From an uncultured delta proteobacterium (GTDB lineage: Bacteria; Desulfobacterota; Binatia; JACPRU01), in the NCBI GenBank assembly GCA_963745025.1, contig CAVUWD010000016.1:960001-1024000 (forward strand): DNA of 64,000 nucleotides. The letters are read 5' to 3'. Below, one piece after another: positions 31,130-39,611 of the stretch (within the stretch, counting starts at the first letter, position 1; each line of letters starts with the position of its first letter). A program made the position numbers and the translations under genes. The notes under the pieces are model-generated. The model was not told the origin of the DNA. It was given only the letters and a program-made list of their open reading frames with translations, and made no database searches.

Positions 31130-33987
31130 GATCCCTCCCTCTTGCCGGCCCTCTCTTGCTCGATCCGCTGCTGCACGCGATCGAGTTCCGCCATTTTCGG
31201 CTCGAGCGCCCGCAGCCGAGCCAGCGCATCGAGCGCGTCCGCGTAGCGGCCGCTCTGTTCGTAGGCGAAGACGAGGTTCGACTGGTAGTTGACGTCGTTC
31301 GGGCGCGCCTCGGCGGCCCGCTCCAGGTACGGTACGGCGTCCTTCCAGCGCTTGAGGCGCAGGAACGTGGCGCCGAGCAGCTGGTTCAGAAACGGGTCGT
31401 CGGGATGAAGCTGCTCGGCGTAGTAGAAGATCTCGACGTAGCGCTCGAGGTCGTGGCGCTCGAGAATCTTCGTGTAGTCCTCGCTGATCCGACGCAGCAG
31501 ATCGGCCTGCATCGTCTCGAGCGCGACTTCGACGTCCGCATCGCGCGGCGCCAAGCCGCGCGCGCCCTCCAGCTTGACGAGCGCCGCGAAGGTCGCCTCG
31601 AGCGTCGGCTGGCGGCGCTCGAGCTGCGCCTCGAGGAGCTCTCTTCGCGCCTCGAAGACCGCCGGGGCGAGTCCGGTGCGCCGCGCCAGCGCCGAGGGAT
31701 CGAGCCCCTTCACCAGGGCGGCGAGGTCCAACGGAAACGTCTCCGCGATCCCGATCCGCCGGAGCTCCGCAAATTCGACCGACGCCCGATCGTCCGTCAA
31801 TACGTCGGCCTGCGCCGTCAGCCGGTCGACCGCCGGCCCGTCGAGCACTAGGTATTTGAGCAGATCCTCGCCGCGCTCGATGCCGTAAGGCTTCAGGTCT
31901 TCGGCGATCTTCGCGTCCTTGCGGATCCGCTCGGTCAGCACGTCCGCATCCAGGGAGAGCGGGCTCGCGGCGCCGATCAAAACGCAGTAGCGGTTGGCGA
32001 AGAGCACCAGCATCTCGGGAAACGCGCCGCGAAACGTCTTCATCACGCCGAGAAAGTCGGCCTCGTTCATGTTGTGCAGCGGGAGCCACTGGGCGAAGAT
32101 GCCGTTCGGACGCAGCCGCGAGCGCACGATCCGATAGTAGTCCGCCGTGTAGAGCGGCCAGCTCTCCCCGGCGGCGGGATGCGTCGCGTCGGCCGCGATC
32201 ACGTCGTAAGGCTCGTGCGCCAGCCGCAGGTAGTTCCGCCCATCGTCGGCGATCAGCCGCCAGTCGGTGCGATTCGCGGCATTGTTGTTCTCGTCCGCGA
32301 AGAAACGCATCGCGTCGCGGACTTCCGGAACCAGCTCCACCGCCTCGACCCCGACGTCGTGCTGGAGCACGGCGCCGAGCGTGATACCGGCACCGAGAGC
32401 GTTCACCAGCACGCGATGCGGGCTCGGGTGGAGCAAGAGCGGCCCGTGGCCGAGGAGCTTGAAGAAGAGCATCGCATCACGATGGTTGGGCACCTCCTCG
32501 ATGCAATTGATGAGCAGCTCCTTGCGGTCGTCGACTTGAAACACCGAGATCGTTCCCGAGAGACCCTCGTGGTAGTAGAGAAGATCACCGCGGACCCCTT
32601 GGTGGCCGTCGTACCAGCGGGTGAGCGTGAGCGGCCCGACGAAAGCGGCGGGAGCGAGGGCCGCCGCCGACACCGCGACCGCGAGCCCCATTCTCCGCCG
32701 CGACGGATCGAGCCGCATCCGCACGAGCAGACCCGTGGCGATCGCCAGTCCCGCGACGCCGAGCAGGCTCCGGGCGAGCCCCAGGCCAGGGATCATCGCG
32801 AATCCGGCGACCAGCGAGCCCACCAGGCTGCCCGCCGCGTCGGCCGCGAACACCGTCGAGACCGCGATGGCACTTTCGCCGTCTCGCGTCGGCGCCAGCG
32901 CATCGACGAGGAGCGGGAGCAGAAACGCGCCGGCCGCCGACGCCGGCACCGTTGCGAGCATCGCCACCACCCAGCGGTCGATGCAGAGGTCGAGAACACC
33001 CCGCACGGGCCACGCTCGGCCGACGGCCGCGGCCACGTCGTAGAGGCGATTGAGGACCGGCAGCGAGCCGAGGACGAAGAGACACAGCAGCACCTCGACC
33101 GCGAAGAACAGGCGAAGCCTCGAGTCCGTGCCCGCCCGCTGGCCTCGCGAGCCAAGCGTCACGTAGAGGGCGGCACCGAGCGCCGAGCCGACCAGGACCG
33201 AGGCGAGGATCAGCGAGAAGGAGGTCGTGTTGTTCTCGACGACGCACACGAGCGTGCGGTTCCACACGACCTGAAGCGCCATCGTCTGGAATCCCGCGAG
33301 AAACGCCGCGGCCGAGAGCACACGACTTCTGTCGGACGAGGCCGTGCGTGGCTCCTCCGTCTCGCCGACGCGGGCGATCGTCGCCGGCAACATCACCGAG
33401 AGCGCGAGGCCGGCGAGCGCCACGCCGAGATTCAGCGTGGTGGCGATCTCGCTCGTCGATGCCGCCCCATAGAGCCGGATCCCGTACCACGCCGTGGCGA
33501 GGGTACCGATGACGCCGCCTAGCGTGTTGGCAGCGAGCAGGCTCGCCGCCGCACGGCCCGCGTTCATGAGCCCGGCGAGCCACCGCGAAACCACCGGTAG
33601 CGTGATTCCCATGAGCACAGTCGGCACGAGGAGCAGCGCCACGGCGAGCAGAGTGCGGATCGCGAGCGAGCCCGCCGAGCGCGCGTACACCGCATCCACG
33701 GCGGCGGCGAGCGTCGGGAACAAGAGCGCGTAGAGGGCGATCGCCGCCTCGGCCGCCGCATAGACCCGCAAGGGATGAACGGCGCGGAGCCAGCGTGCGC
33801 GGCCGAGCGCGTAGCCGCACGAGAGGCCGCCCATGAAGGCGCCGGTCACGACTGCGACCGAATACGTGGAAATGCCGAAGGAGAGCCGCAGGCTCCGCTC
33901 CCACAGCACCTCGTAGGCGAGCGCGCTCGCCCCCGAGCCGAGGAAGAGGATCGGGACCAGGAAGGCCCCGAGCCGCGCGGGTCGCAA
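31126..33987 (-). CDS. Fused multi-TM / spermidine-synthase-like SAM-binding protein with C-terminal TPRs
   Basis: SGASALAYEVLW, ~13 TM segments, ALGAGIT, VELVPEV, DDGRNYL, DVIAADATHP, QWLP, TPR-like tail. Confidence 0.85.
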   Translation of the reverse strand: MRPARLGAFLVPILFLGSGASALAYEVLWERSLRLSFGISTYSVAVVTGAFMGGLSCGYALGRARWLRAVHPLRVYAAAEAAIALYALLFPTLAAAVDAVYARSAGSLAIRTLLAVALLLVPTVLMGITLPVVSRWLAGLMNAGRAAASLLAANTLGGVIGTLATAWYGIRLYGAASTSEIATTLNLGVALAGLALSVMLPATIARVGETEEPRTASSDRSRVLSAAAFLAGFQTMALQVVWNRTLVCVVENNTTSFSLILASVLVGSALGAALYVTLGSRGQRAGTDSRLRLFFAVEVLLCLFVLGSLPVLNRLYDVAAAVGRAWPVRGVLDLCIDRWVVAMLATVPASAAGAFLLPLLVDALAPTRDGESAIAVSTVFAADAAGSLVGSLVAGFAMIPGLGLARSLLGVAGLAIATGLLVRMRLDPSRRRMGLAVAVSAAALAPAAFVGPLTLTRWYDGHQGVRGDLLYYHEGLSGTISVFQVDDRKELLINCIEEVPNHRDAMLFFKLLGHGPLLLHPSPHRVLVNALGAGITLGAVLQHDVGVEAVELVPEVRDAMRFFADENNNAANRTDWRLIADDGRNYLRLAHEPYDVIAADATHPAAGESWPLYTADYYRIVRSRLRPNGIFAQWLPLHNMNEADFLGVMKTFRGAFPEMLVLFANRYCVLIGAASPLSLDADVLTERIRKDAKIAEDLKPYGIERGEDLLKYLVLDGPAVDRLTAQADVLTDDRASVEFAELRRIGIAETFPLDLAALVKGLDPSALARRTGLAPAVFEARRELLEAQLERRQPTLEATFAALVKLEGARGLAPRDADVEVALETMQADLLRRISEDYTKILERHDLERYVEIFYYAEQLHPDDPFLNQLLGATFLRLKRWKDAVPYLERAAEARPNDVNYQSNLVFAYEQSGRYADALDALARLRALEPKMAELDRVQQRIEQERAGKREGS

Positions 33988-34001
33988 TGTCCGTCCCGTG
34001 G

Positions 34002-34817
34002 TTACGCGCTGGCCTCGAAGTTGACGTCGTAGTCATCCGCTTCGCCGGTCTGGTCGTCGATCAACGCCAGAGACCCGCCCGTATAGGTGCCCGCCGCGAA
34101 AAAGACGAAGCCCGTCACGCTCTCTCCGTGCTTGACCTTGGTCGGCCTGAGAAGCTTGGACTTGATGTCGGGATCGGCGGCCGAAAGCCTGCGCTCCGCG
34201 TCCGCCGGCGCCATCGGCAACACCGGTTGGCCTCCTTCTCCAATCGCCCGCAGGCGCTGGGGATCGACGCTCAGTGTGCGCTCGCCCGCGTTGAGCACCC
34301 GCACCCAGACGGCGACGACTCCGAGCGGCTCGAGCTCGGTCGGAAACTCGATCTTCGCTTCCGGGCCCCGGTAGAGCACCATATTCACGACCGGCCCCTT
34401 CGGCGGAGGCCAGACCCGATCGCCCATGTCGGCGACCTGGTAAAACCCGAAGCGCAGGCCGTCGTTGACCCACTGGCCGCTGCCCGACGGCGAGACCGTC
34501 ACGCCGTCGGCGCCACAGGTCACGGTGAGACGCGACGTGACCTTGTCGGCATCGTTTCGACCTTCGATGGTCGTGTCGCTGCCACTGCGCTCGACGCTGG
34601 TGATCCGGTAGTTCCGCGCCTTCAGCGTTCTCGCCCCGTAGCGTCTCCCATCCTCACAGCTGATGTTGTAGACCTTGCGCTCGAGGTGTGGTTTCGCTGC
34701 GTTTCCCTCGGACAGCGGTCCGGTCAGGCAGCCGCTCGACGCCACGGCCGCAAACACCGCCGCGACGGCGCAGGCTCCTCCCTCTCGACGCGTGCGATAG
34801 AAGCTCCTCGGCATCAT
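34002..34817 (-). CDS. Hypothetical lipoprotein
   Basis: Lipobox-like ASSGC; typical codon usage; start uncertain. Confidence 0.65.
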   Translation of the reverse strand: MMPRSFYRTRREGGACAVAAVFAAVASSGCLTGPLSEGNAAKPHLERKVYNISCEDGRRYGARTLKARNYRITSVERSGSDTTIEGRNDADKVTSRLTVTCGADGVTVSPSGSGQWVNDGLRFGFYQVADMGDRVWPPPKGPVVNMVLYRGPEAKIEFPTELEPLGVVAVWVRVLNAGERTLSVDPQRLRAIGEGGQPVLPMAPADAERRLSAADPDIKSKLLRPTKVKHGESVTGFVFFAAGTYTGGSLALIDDQTGEADDYDVNFEASA

Positions 34818-34996
34818 CCACCTGCGCTTCGGATAAAACAGATCGCTTTTGTTTGGCAAGAGCGAGACCGGCGACGGCCGATACCGCCCGGCTCGTCCGA
34901 AGGATTTCGGCCTTTCATTTCTCCGATCATTGACATTCTCGATGCGTCTCGCAATGGTGCCGGCGTTTTCAGCTCCATCGCGGGAGGAGTGGAACC

Positions 34997-35281
34997 ATGA
35001 CCGACACGAAGAGTGCGGAGGCCCAGATCAAGGAAGCCGTCTGGACGTACGGCGGGTGGTTCGTCTTGCTCAGCTTGACGTTCGGAGCGGGAGCGGCGCT
35101 CGCTTACATCTTCTGGGGAGATGCCCCTCGCCTGCGTGCCGAAAATGCAGATCTCACCAAGAAAGTTGCCGCGGCGCGCGCCGAACGGGAGAACGTTCAA
35201 ACCCAGCTGACGATGACGCAGGAGGAGGTGGCGCGTTGCCAACGGAAGCTCGCGGCCGCACCGTCCTCCCCGACGCAATGA
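34997..35281 (+). CDS. Small single-TM coiled-coil protein
   Basis: GGAGGAG RBS, TM helix followed by a heptad-rich segment. Confidence 0.65.
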   Translation: MTDTKSAEAQIKEAVWTYGGWFVLLSLTFGAGAALAYIFWGDAPRLRAENADLTKKVAAARAERENVQTQLTMTQEEVARCQRKLAAAPSSPTQ

Positions 35282-35368
35282 CGGGTCGCCGAGCCCGTTA
35301 GCCCGCATCACCGATCGCTCCCGTCGGCGATCCGAATCTCCGGCTAGGCATACCGCCGAAGGAGCCGT

Positions 35369-36184
35369 TTAGTCCCGGACCGCCGGCAACTGGCCGGGCG
35401 AGCGTGGCGGCAGCACCGAATACTCCATCAGCTCGATTCGCGTCCGCTCGCGCTCGTGCTTGACGTCGTCCCACTGGCGCGTGAGAACGAGGCCGACTCC
35501 GGGCGCATACCAATCCGCGTAATGGAAGACGAGATCCTCTCCTGGACGGTAGCCGGAGTTCGGGCCCTCCGTTGAGGAAGTGTCGACCCGAACGCAGTCC
35601 GTGAAGGTGCCTGCCGATACCCTCACGGTCTCGCGCTCAATTGCGACCGTGTGACGGAAGCTCACCTTGAAGCCGAGGTCGCCGACGCCAAAGGCTTGGC
35701 TATTGCTGTCCCACGTCTCCCCGTTTGCCAGTGCTTCCGGCAGAAACTGCGTGTCGCCCGATCCACTCGCCGCTACCACTTTCCCCGCCTGGTAGGTGAG
35801 CAATATGCGATTCAGGTAGCCGTTCTCGTGAAAATAGAGAATCGGCTCCTGCTCCTCGAGGATGTAGGGGCCGCCCGGCCCGAAGCTCGAATAGCGCTCT
35901 TCGACGCCGATCCCGTCGCGTTTCAGCGAATCGACGAACTGCCGGCCATGCACGCGCACCTTGCTCAGGTAGGCGAGCTTCTTCACGAAATCTTGGACGC
36001 GATAGGTCCATTGGCTCTGGTCGGTCAGCGGAAAGTACGATTCGACCGCTATCTTCGCCGTGACGTCCGGGGCGCGTGGGCTCGACGGCTTCGACGCCAG
36101 GGGCTCGCCGCAAGACGCGAGCAACGCTCCGAGCAGCAAGGCCGGCAGCACCGTGGCATTCGTGCGTCCCAGAGATGTTTCCAC
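35369..36184 (-). CDS. Hypothetical lipoprotein (intact copy)
   Basis: Lipobox LASC; YFPL, VRVSAGTF.DC, WYAPGVGLV motifs. Confidence 0.75.
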   Translation of the reverse strand: METSLGRTNATVLPALLLGALLASCGEPLASKPSSPRAPDVTAKIAVESYFPLTDQSQWTYRVQDFVKKLAYLSKVRVHGRQFVDSLKRDGIGVEERYSSFGPGGPYILEEQEPILYFHENGYLNRILLTYQAGKVVAASGSGDTQFLPEALANGETWDSNSQAFGVGDLGFKVSFRHTVAIERETVRVSAGTFTDCVRVDTSSTEGPNSGYRPGEDLVFHYADWYAPGVGLVLTRQWDDVKHERERTRIELMEYSVLPPRSPGQLPAVRD

Positions 36185-39156
36185 CTAACTCCACCTGTGC
36201 CTCCACTCGCTAGTCGTTGGCAAAATACGAGAGGTACGAAGCGTCGGTACGCCCGAGGAGCCCCAACACTACGCCGCTGCTACTGCAACCGCCCTCCATC
36301 TGCATCTTCGCGCCTTCGCTCAAGGGATCGTACCCGTCGCCGCGGCCTTCTCCCGAGCCGCCTCGTCGGGCTTCACCAGCAGCGTCATGAACTTCGGCCG
36401 GATGATGACCATCAACGCCGGCAGCAGCGTCATCGTCGACATGAAGCTGATCGTCATCCACAGGAAGAGCAGCAGCCCCATCTCCGAATTGAAGCGGATG
36501 TTCGAAACCGCCCAGGCCAGAGTCGACACCGCGAGCGACGCCGCGGTGAACGTCACCGCCTTGCCGGCGGTCTGCATTCCGCGCTGGACCGCCACGTCGA
36601 AGTTGCGGTGGTCGCGGTACTCTTCGATCGCGCGGCTCACGATGTAGAGGCCGTAGTCGATGCCGAACCCGACGCCGACCGTGACCACCGGCAGCGACTG
36701 CAGGTTGATGCCGAGGTGGCGGAAACCGATGTAGGCGTTGATCACACCGTTGGCGAGGAACAGCGGAACGAGCATGAGGATACCGGCCACGAACGACCGG
36801 TACGTGAACAGCAGGACGAAGTAGATCGTCCCGAAGCCGAGGAAGTTCATCAAGATATCGTTCTTGAGGATCTCCTCGTTGGCGGCCGCCGTCACGCCGA
36901 TGAGGCCGCCCGCCAGCCGGAAGTCAACCTTGTTGCTGGGAAACTTCTGCACGTAATCGCGGCAGCGCTCGATGATGCGCGCCACGGTATCGCCCTGATG
37001 GTTGCGGCAGAAGAACGTGACGTGCGCCATGGTGTACGACGGATCGAGGTACTTGGACGTCTCGGAGGGCGGCGCGCCGGCGAAGTAGAAGAAGAAGAGG
37101 TTGGCGATTCGGCCGGTCGACTCCGGGATCACGCCCCAGCGAGGCTGCGTATCGTAGAACACACTGTTGATGGACTTGACGATGTCGGCCAGCGAGAAGC
37201 TGTAGCCGATCTCGGGGTCGCTATCGACGTAGCGCTGGAAGGACTCCATCGCGTCTTCGGATTCGGGGTCCTTCAACGCCCCCTTCTCTTTGCCTTCGAC
37301 CACGATGATCAGCGGCTCGACGCCGCCGAAGAATTTCTGGATGCGCGTGTGGGCCTGGTTATAGGGCGAGTCGGGCTGCAGAAGCGGCGTCGACGCCGTC
37401 GCGTCACCGATCGTGATGTGCTTCAGCTGGGTGAATGCAAGCAGGAACGCACCAACCCAGACCACCACCGACACCCAGCGCCCCTTGGGCCCGACGACGA
37501 GGTGGCTCCACCAGGTGATGAGATTCTGGAACGGCCCTTCCTCGCGGGAGAGCACGTTCTCTTTCTCGGGGGCCTTCAGGTAGTAGTAGATGATCGGATT
37601 CAGGATCAGCTCGGAGAGCACGATCGCCGCCACCCAGATCGAGGCGGAGATGGCGATGCGCTGCAGGATCACCACCGGCACCAGCACGATCACCAGCATG
37701 CCGAGCGCGTCGGTGACGATCCCCGAGAGCGTCGGCTCGAAGAGCTCGGCGAACGCAGAGACAATCGCCTGCTCCTTGTTCCAGTTGTGCCGGTGGTACT
37801 CCTCGTAATAGCGGTCGTGCATCTGCACCGAGTGGCTGACCGCCCGGGCGGTGACGAAGAACGGGATCACTAGCGCCAGCGGATCCATCGGGAAGCCGAT
37901 CAGCTTGACGACGCCGAGGCCCCAGATCGCCGAGATCACGCCCGTCAGCGTCGGGCGGAGCGCGCCTCGCCAGTCGTGGAAGTACATGTAGAGCAGGATC
38001 CACATGAAGATGGTGCAGGCGCCGAAGATCCACCAAACCTCGCTGGTGTAGTAATAAATCCAGCCGTAGAGGCGGGGCTCACCCGCGACCCAAACGGTGG
38101 TGTTAGCGTCCTGGAACGGCTTGATGATCTTGTCGTCGACGTCGTGGAAGAGCTGGCGGTAGTTGACGCGCCCCTCGAAGAAGTTGGCCCGGATCAGCGC
38201 GGCCTTGTCGTCGAGCGAAACGAGAATGCCGTGCAGGCTGTCGGAATAGTGAACGATGTTGCGCACGTCGTCGACGTCCCTGTCCGTTTTCGGCGCGCGC
38301 CGCATCACCGGCGGCGTGGCGATCGATGCGCCCTCGAACTTCATGTAGCGGGTCGAGCGGTGGCCGATCGAGTCGATCTGGTCGTGGTTGATGCCGGGCA
38401 GGACGTCGATGATCTTCGTCATCTCGAAGATCTTCGTCAGGGTGTCCTTGTTGAAGATCGTCCCGTCCTTGACCTCGACCATGATCGTGATGTTGTTCGC
38501 GCCGCCGAACTGATTCGCGAACTTGGTGTGCACCAGCACGAACGGGTGCCGGTACGGCAGGAGGTCGCCAAACTCGGTGAACATCTCCATCTTGAACGCG
38601 AAGAACATCATCACGGCCGTGAAGCCATAGGTGATGACCGCGACCATCTTGCGGTGGTCGATCAGCCACTGCCCGAGACGATAAAGCGCCGCCTTTTCCT
38701 GATGGACGATGAGCTTGTCGTTGTCAGCCATTGGCCTTCCACTCCCATTTCTCGCCGAAGTCGCCGGTGGTCAGCAGCAGCCCATGGCCGCCCCCCGCCA
38801 CACCGTGGCCCGCCGCGTCGAAGTCGGACGCCGAGAGCCAGGTAAACACGCCCGCCGGCACGTCGGCCGGCTTCCAGCCGCTCTCCGGGTTGCCGCGCAG
38901 CAGCGCGCCGCTGGCACCGACGACGAGGTAGTCGCCGTCGGGCAGCGCGCGGATGTCGTAGAGCGGCGCGTTGCCCGGGACCTGATTCCAGGTCCAGTTC
39001 ACTCCGTCCGAAGTCGAGGCGATCGCCCCGCACGTGCCGACTGCCACGGCGTGCTGCGCGTCGCGCGCACGGACGCAGAGGAACGTCGGCATCGACATCA
39101 CGTCCCGGTAGATGGTTTTTCCGCCGAGTAGCCCGCCATGGCCGGCGCCCCAGGTC
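35729..39156. repeat. Tandem duplication unit 1 (~3.43 kb)
   Basis: Aligns colinearly with 39156..42597. Confidence 0.93.
36320..38731 (-). CDS. MMPL/RND-family transporter (copy 1, 803 aa)
   Basis: Two RND halves, ARAVSHSVQ, VGVGFGIDYG, TAGKAV. Confidence 0.9.
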   Translation of the reverse strand: MADNDKLIVHQEKAALYRLGQWLIDHRKMVAVITYGFTAVMMFFAFKMEMFTEFGDLLPYRHPFVLVHTKFANQFGGANNITIMVEVKDGTIFNKDTLTKIFEMTKIIDVLPGINHDQIDSIGHRSTRYMKFEGASIATPPVMRRAPKTDRDVDDVRNIVHYSDSLHGILVSLDDKAALIRANFFEGRVNYRQLFHDVDDKIIKPFQDANTTVWVAGEPRLYGWIYYYTSEVWWIFGACTIFMWILLYMYFHDWRGALRPTLTGVISAIWGLGVVKLIGFPMDPLALVIPFFVTARAVSHSVQMHDRYYEEYHRHNWNKEQAIVSAFAELFEPTLSGIVTDALGMLVIVLVPVVILQRIAISASIWVAAIVLSELILNPIIYYYLKAPEKENVLSREEGPFQNLITWWSHLVVGPKGRWVSVVVWVGAFLLAFTQLKHITIGDATASTPLLQPDSPYNQAHTRIQKFFGGVEPLIIVVEGKEKGALKDPESEDAMESFQRYVDSDPEIGYSFSLADIVKSINSVFYDTQPRWGVIPESTGRIANLFFFYFAGAPPSETSKYLDPSYTMAHVTFFCRNHQGDTVARIIERCRDYVQKFPSNKVDFRLAGGLIGVTAAANEEILKNDILMNFLGFGTIYFVLLFTYRSFVAGILMLVPLFLANGVINAYIGFRHLGINLQSLPVVTVGVGFGIDYGLYIVSRAIEEYRDHRNFDVAVQRGMQTAGKAVTFTAASLAVSTLAWAVSNIRFNSEMGLLLFLWMTISFMSTMTLLPALMVIIRPKFMTLLVKPDEAAREKAAATGTIP

Positions 39157-39611
39157 AGTGCTTCCGGCAGAAACTGCGTGTCGCCCGATCCACTCGCCGC
39201 TACCACTTTCCCCGCCTGGTAGGTGAGCAATATGCGATTCAGGTAGCCGTTCTCGTGAAAATAGAGAATCGGCTCCTGCTCCTCGAGGATGTAGGGGCCG
39301 CCCGGCCCGAAGCTCGAATAGCGCTCTTCGACGCCGATCCCGTCGCGTTTCAGCGAATCGACGAACTGCCGGCCATGCACGCGCACCTTGCTCAGGTAGG
39401 CGAGCTTCTTCGCGAAATCTTGGACGCGATAGGTCCATTGGCTCTGGTCGGTCAGCGGAAAGTACGATTCGACCGCAATCTTCGCCGTGACGTCCGGGGC
39501 GCGTGGACTCGACGGCTTCGACGCCAGGGGCTTGCCGCAAGACGCGAGCAGCGCTCCGAGCAGCAAGGCCGGCAGCACCGTGGCATTCGTGCGTCCCAGA
39601 GACGCTTCCAC
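38724..39611 (-). CDS. Chimeric ORF: lipoprotein N-terminal half fused in frame to YCF48-like C-terminal half
   Basis: ...FLPEAL from the 35369..36184 gene joined to TWGAGHGG... from the 42165..43259 gene at 39156. Confidence 0.85.
   Translation of the reverse strand: MEASLGRTNATVLPALLLGALLASCGKPLASKPSSPRAPDVTAKIAVESYFPLTDQSQWTYRVQDFAKKLAYLSKVRVHGRQFVDSLKRDGIGVEERYSSFGPGGPYILEEQEPILYFHENGYLNRILLTYQAGKVVAASGSGDTQFLPEALTWGAGHGGLLGGKTIYRDVMSMPTFLCVRARDAQHAVAVGTCGAIASTSDGVNWTWNQVPGNAPLYDIRALPDGDYLVVGASGALLRGNPESGWKPADVPAGVFTWLSASDFDAAGHGVAGGGHGLLLTTGDFGEKWEWKANG

Noticed and set aside
28577-32089. 1170-aa ORF suggesting a giant MMPL fusion
   Set aside because: Real start is ATG 31129; the upstream part overlaps the spermidine-synthase-like gene and the tail is post-frameshift sequence
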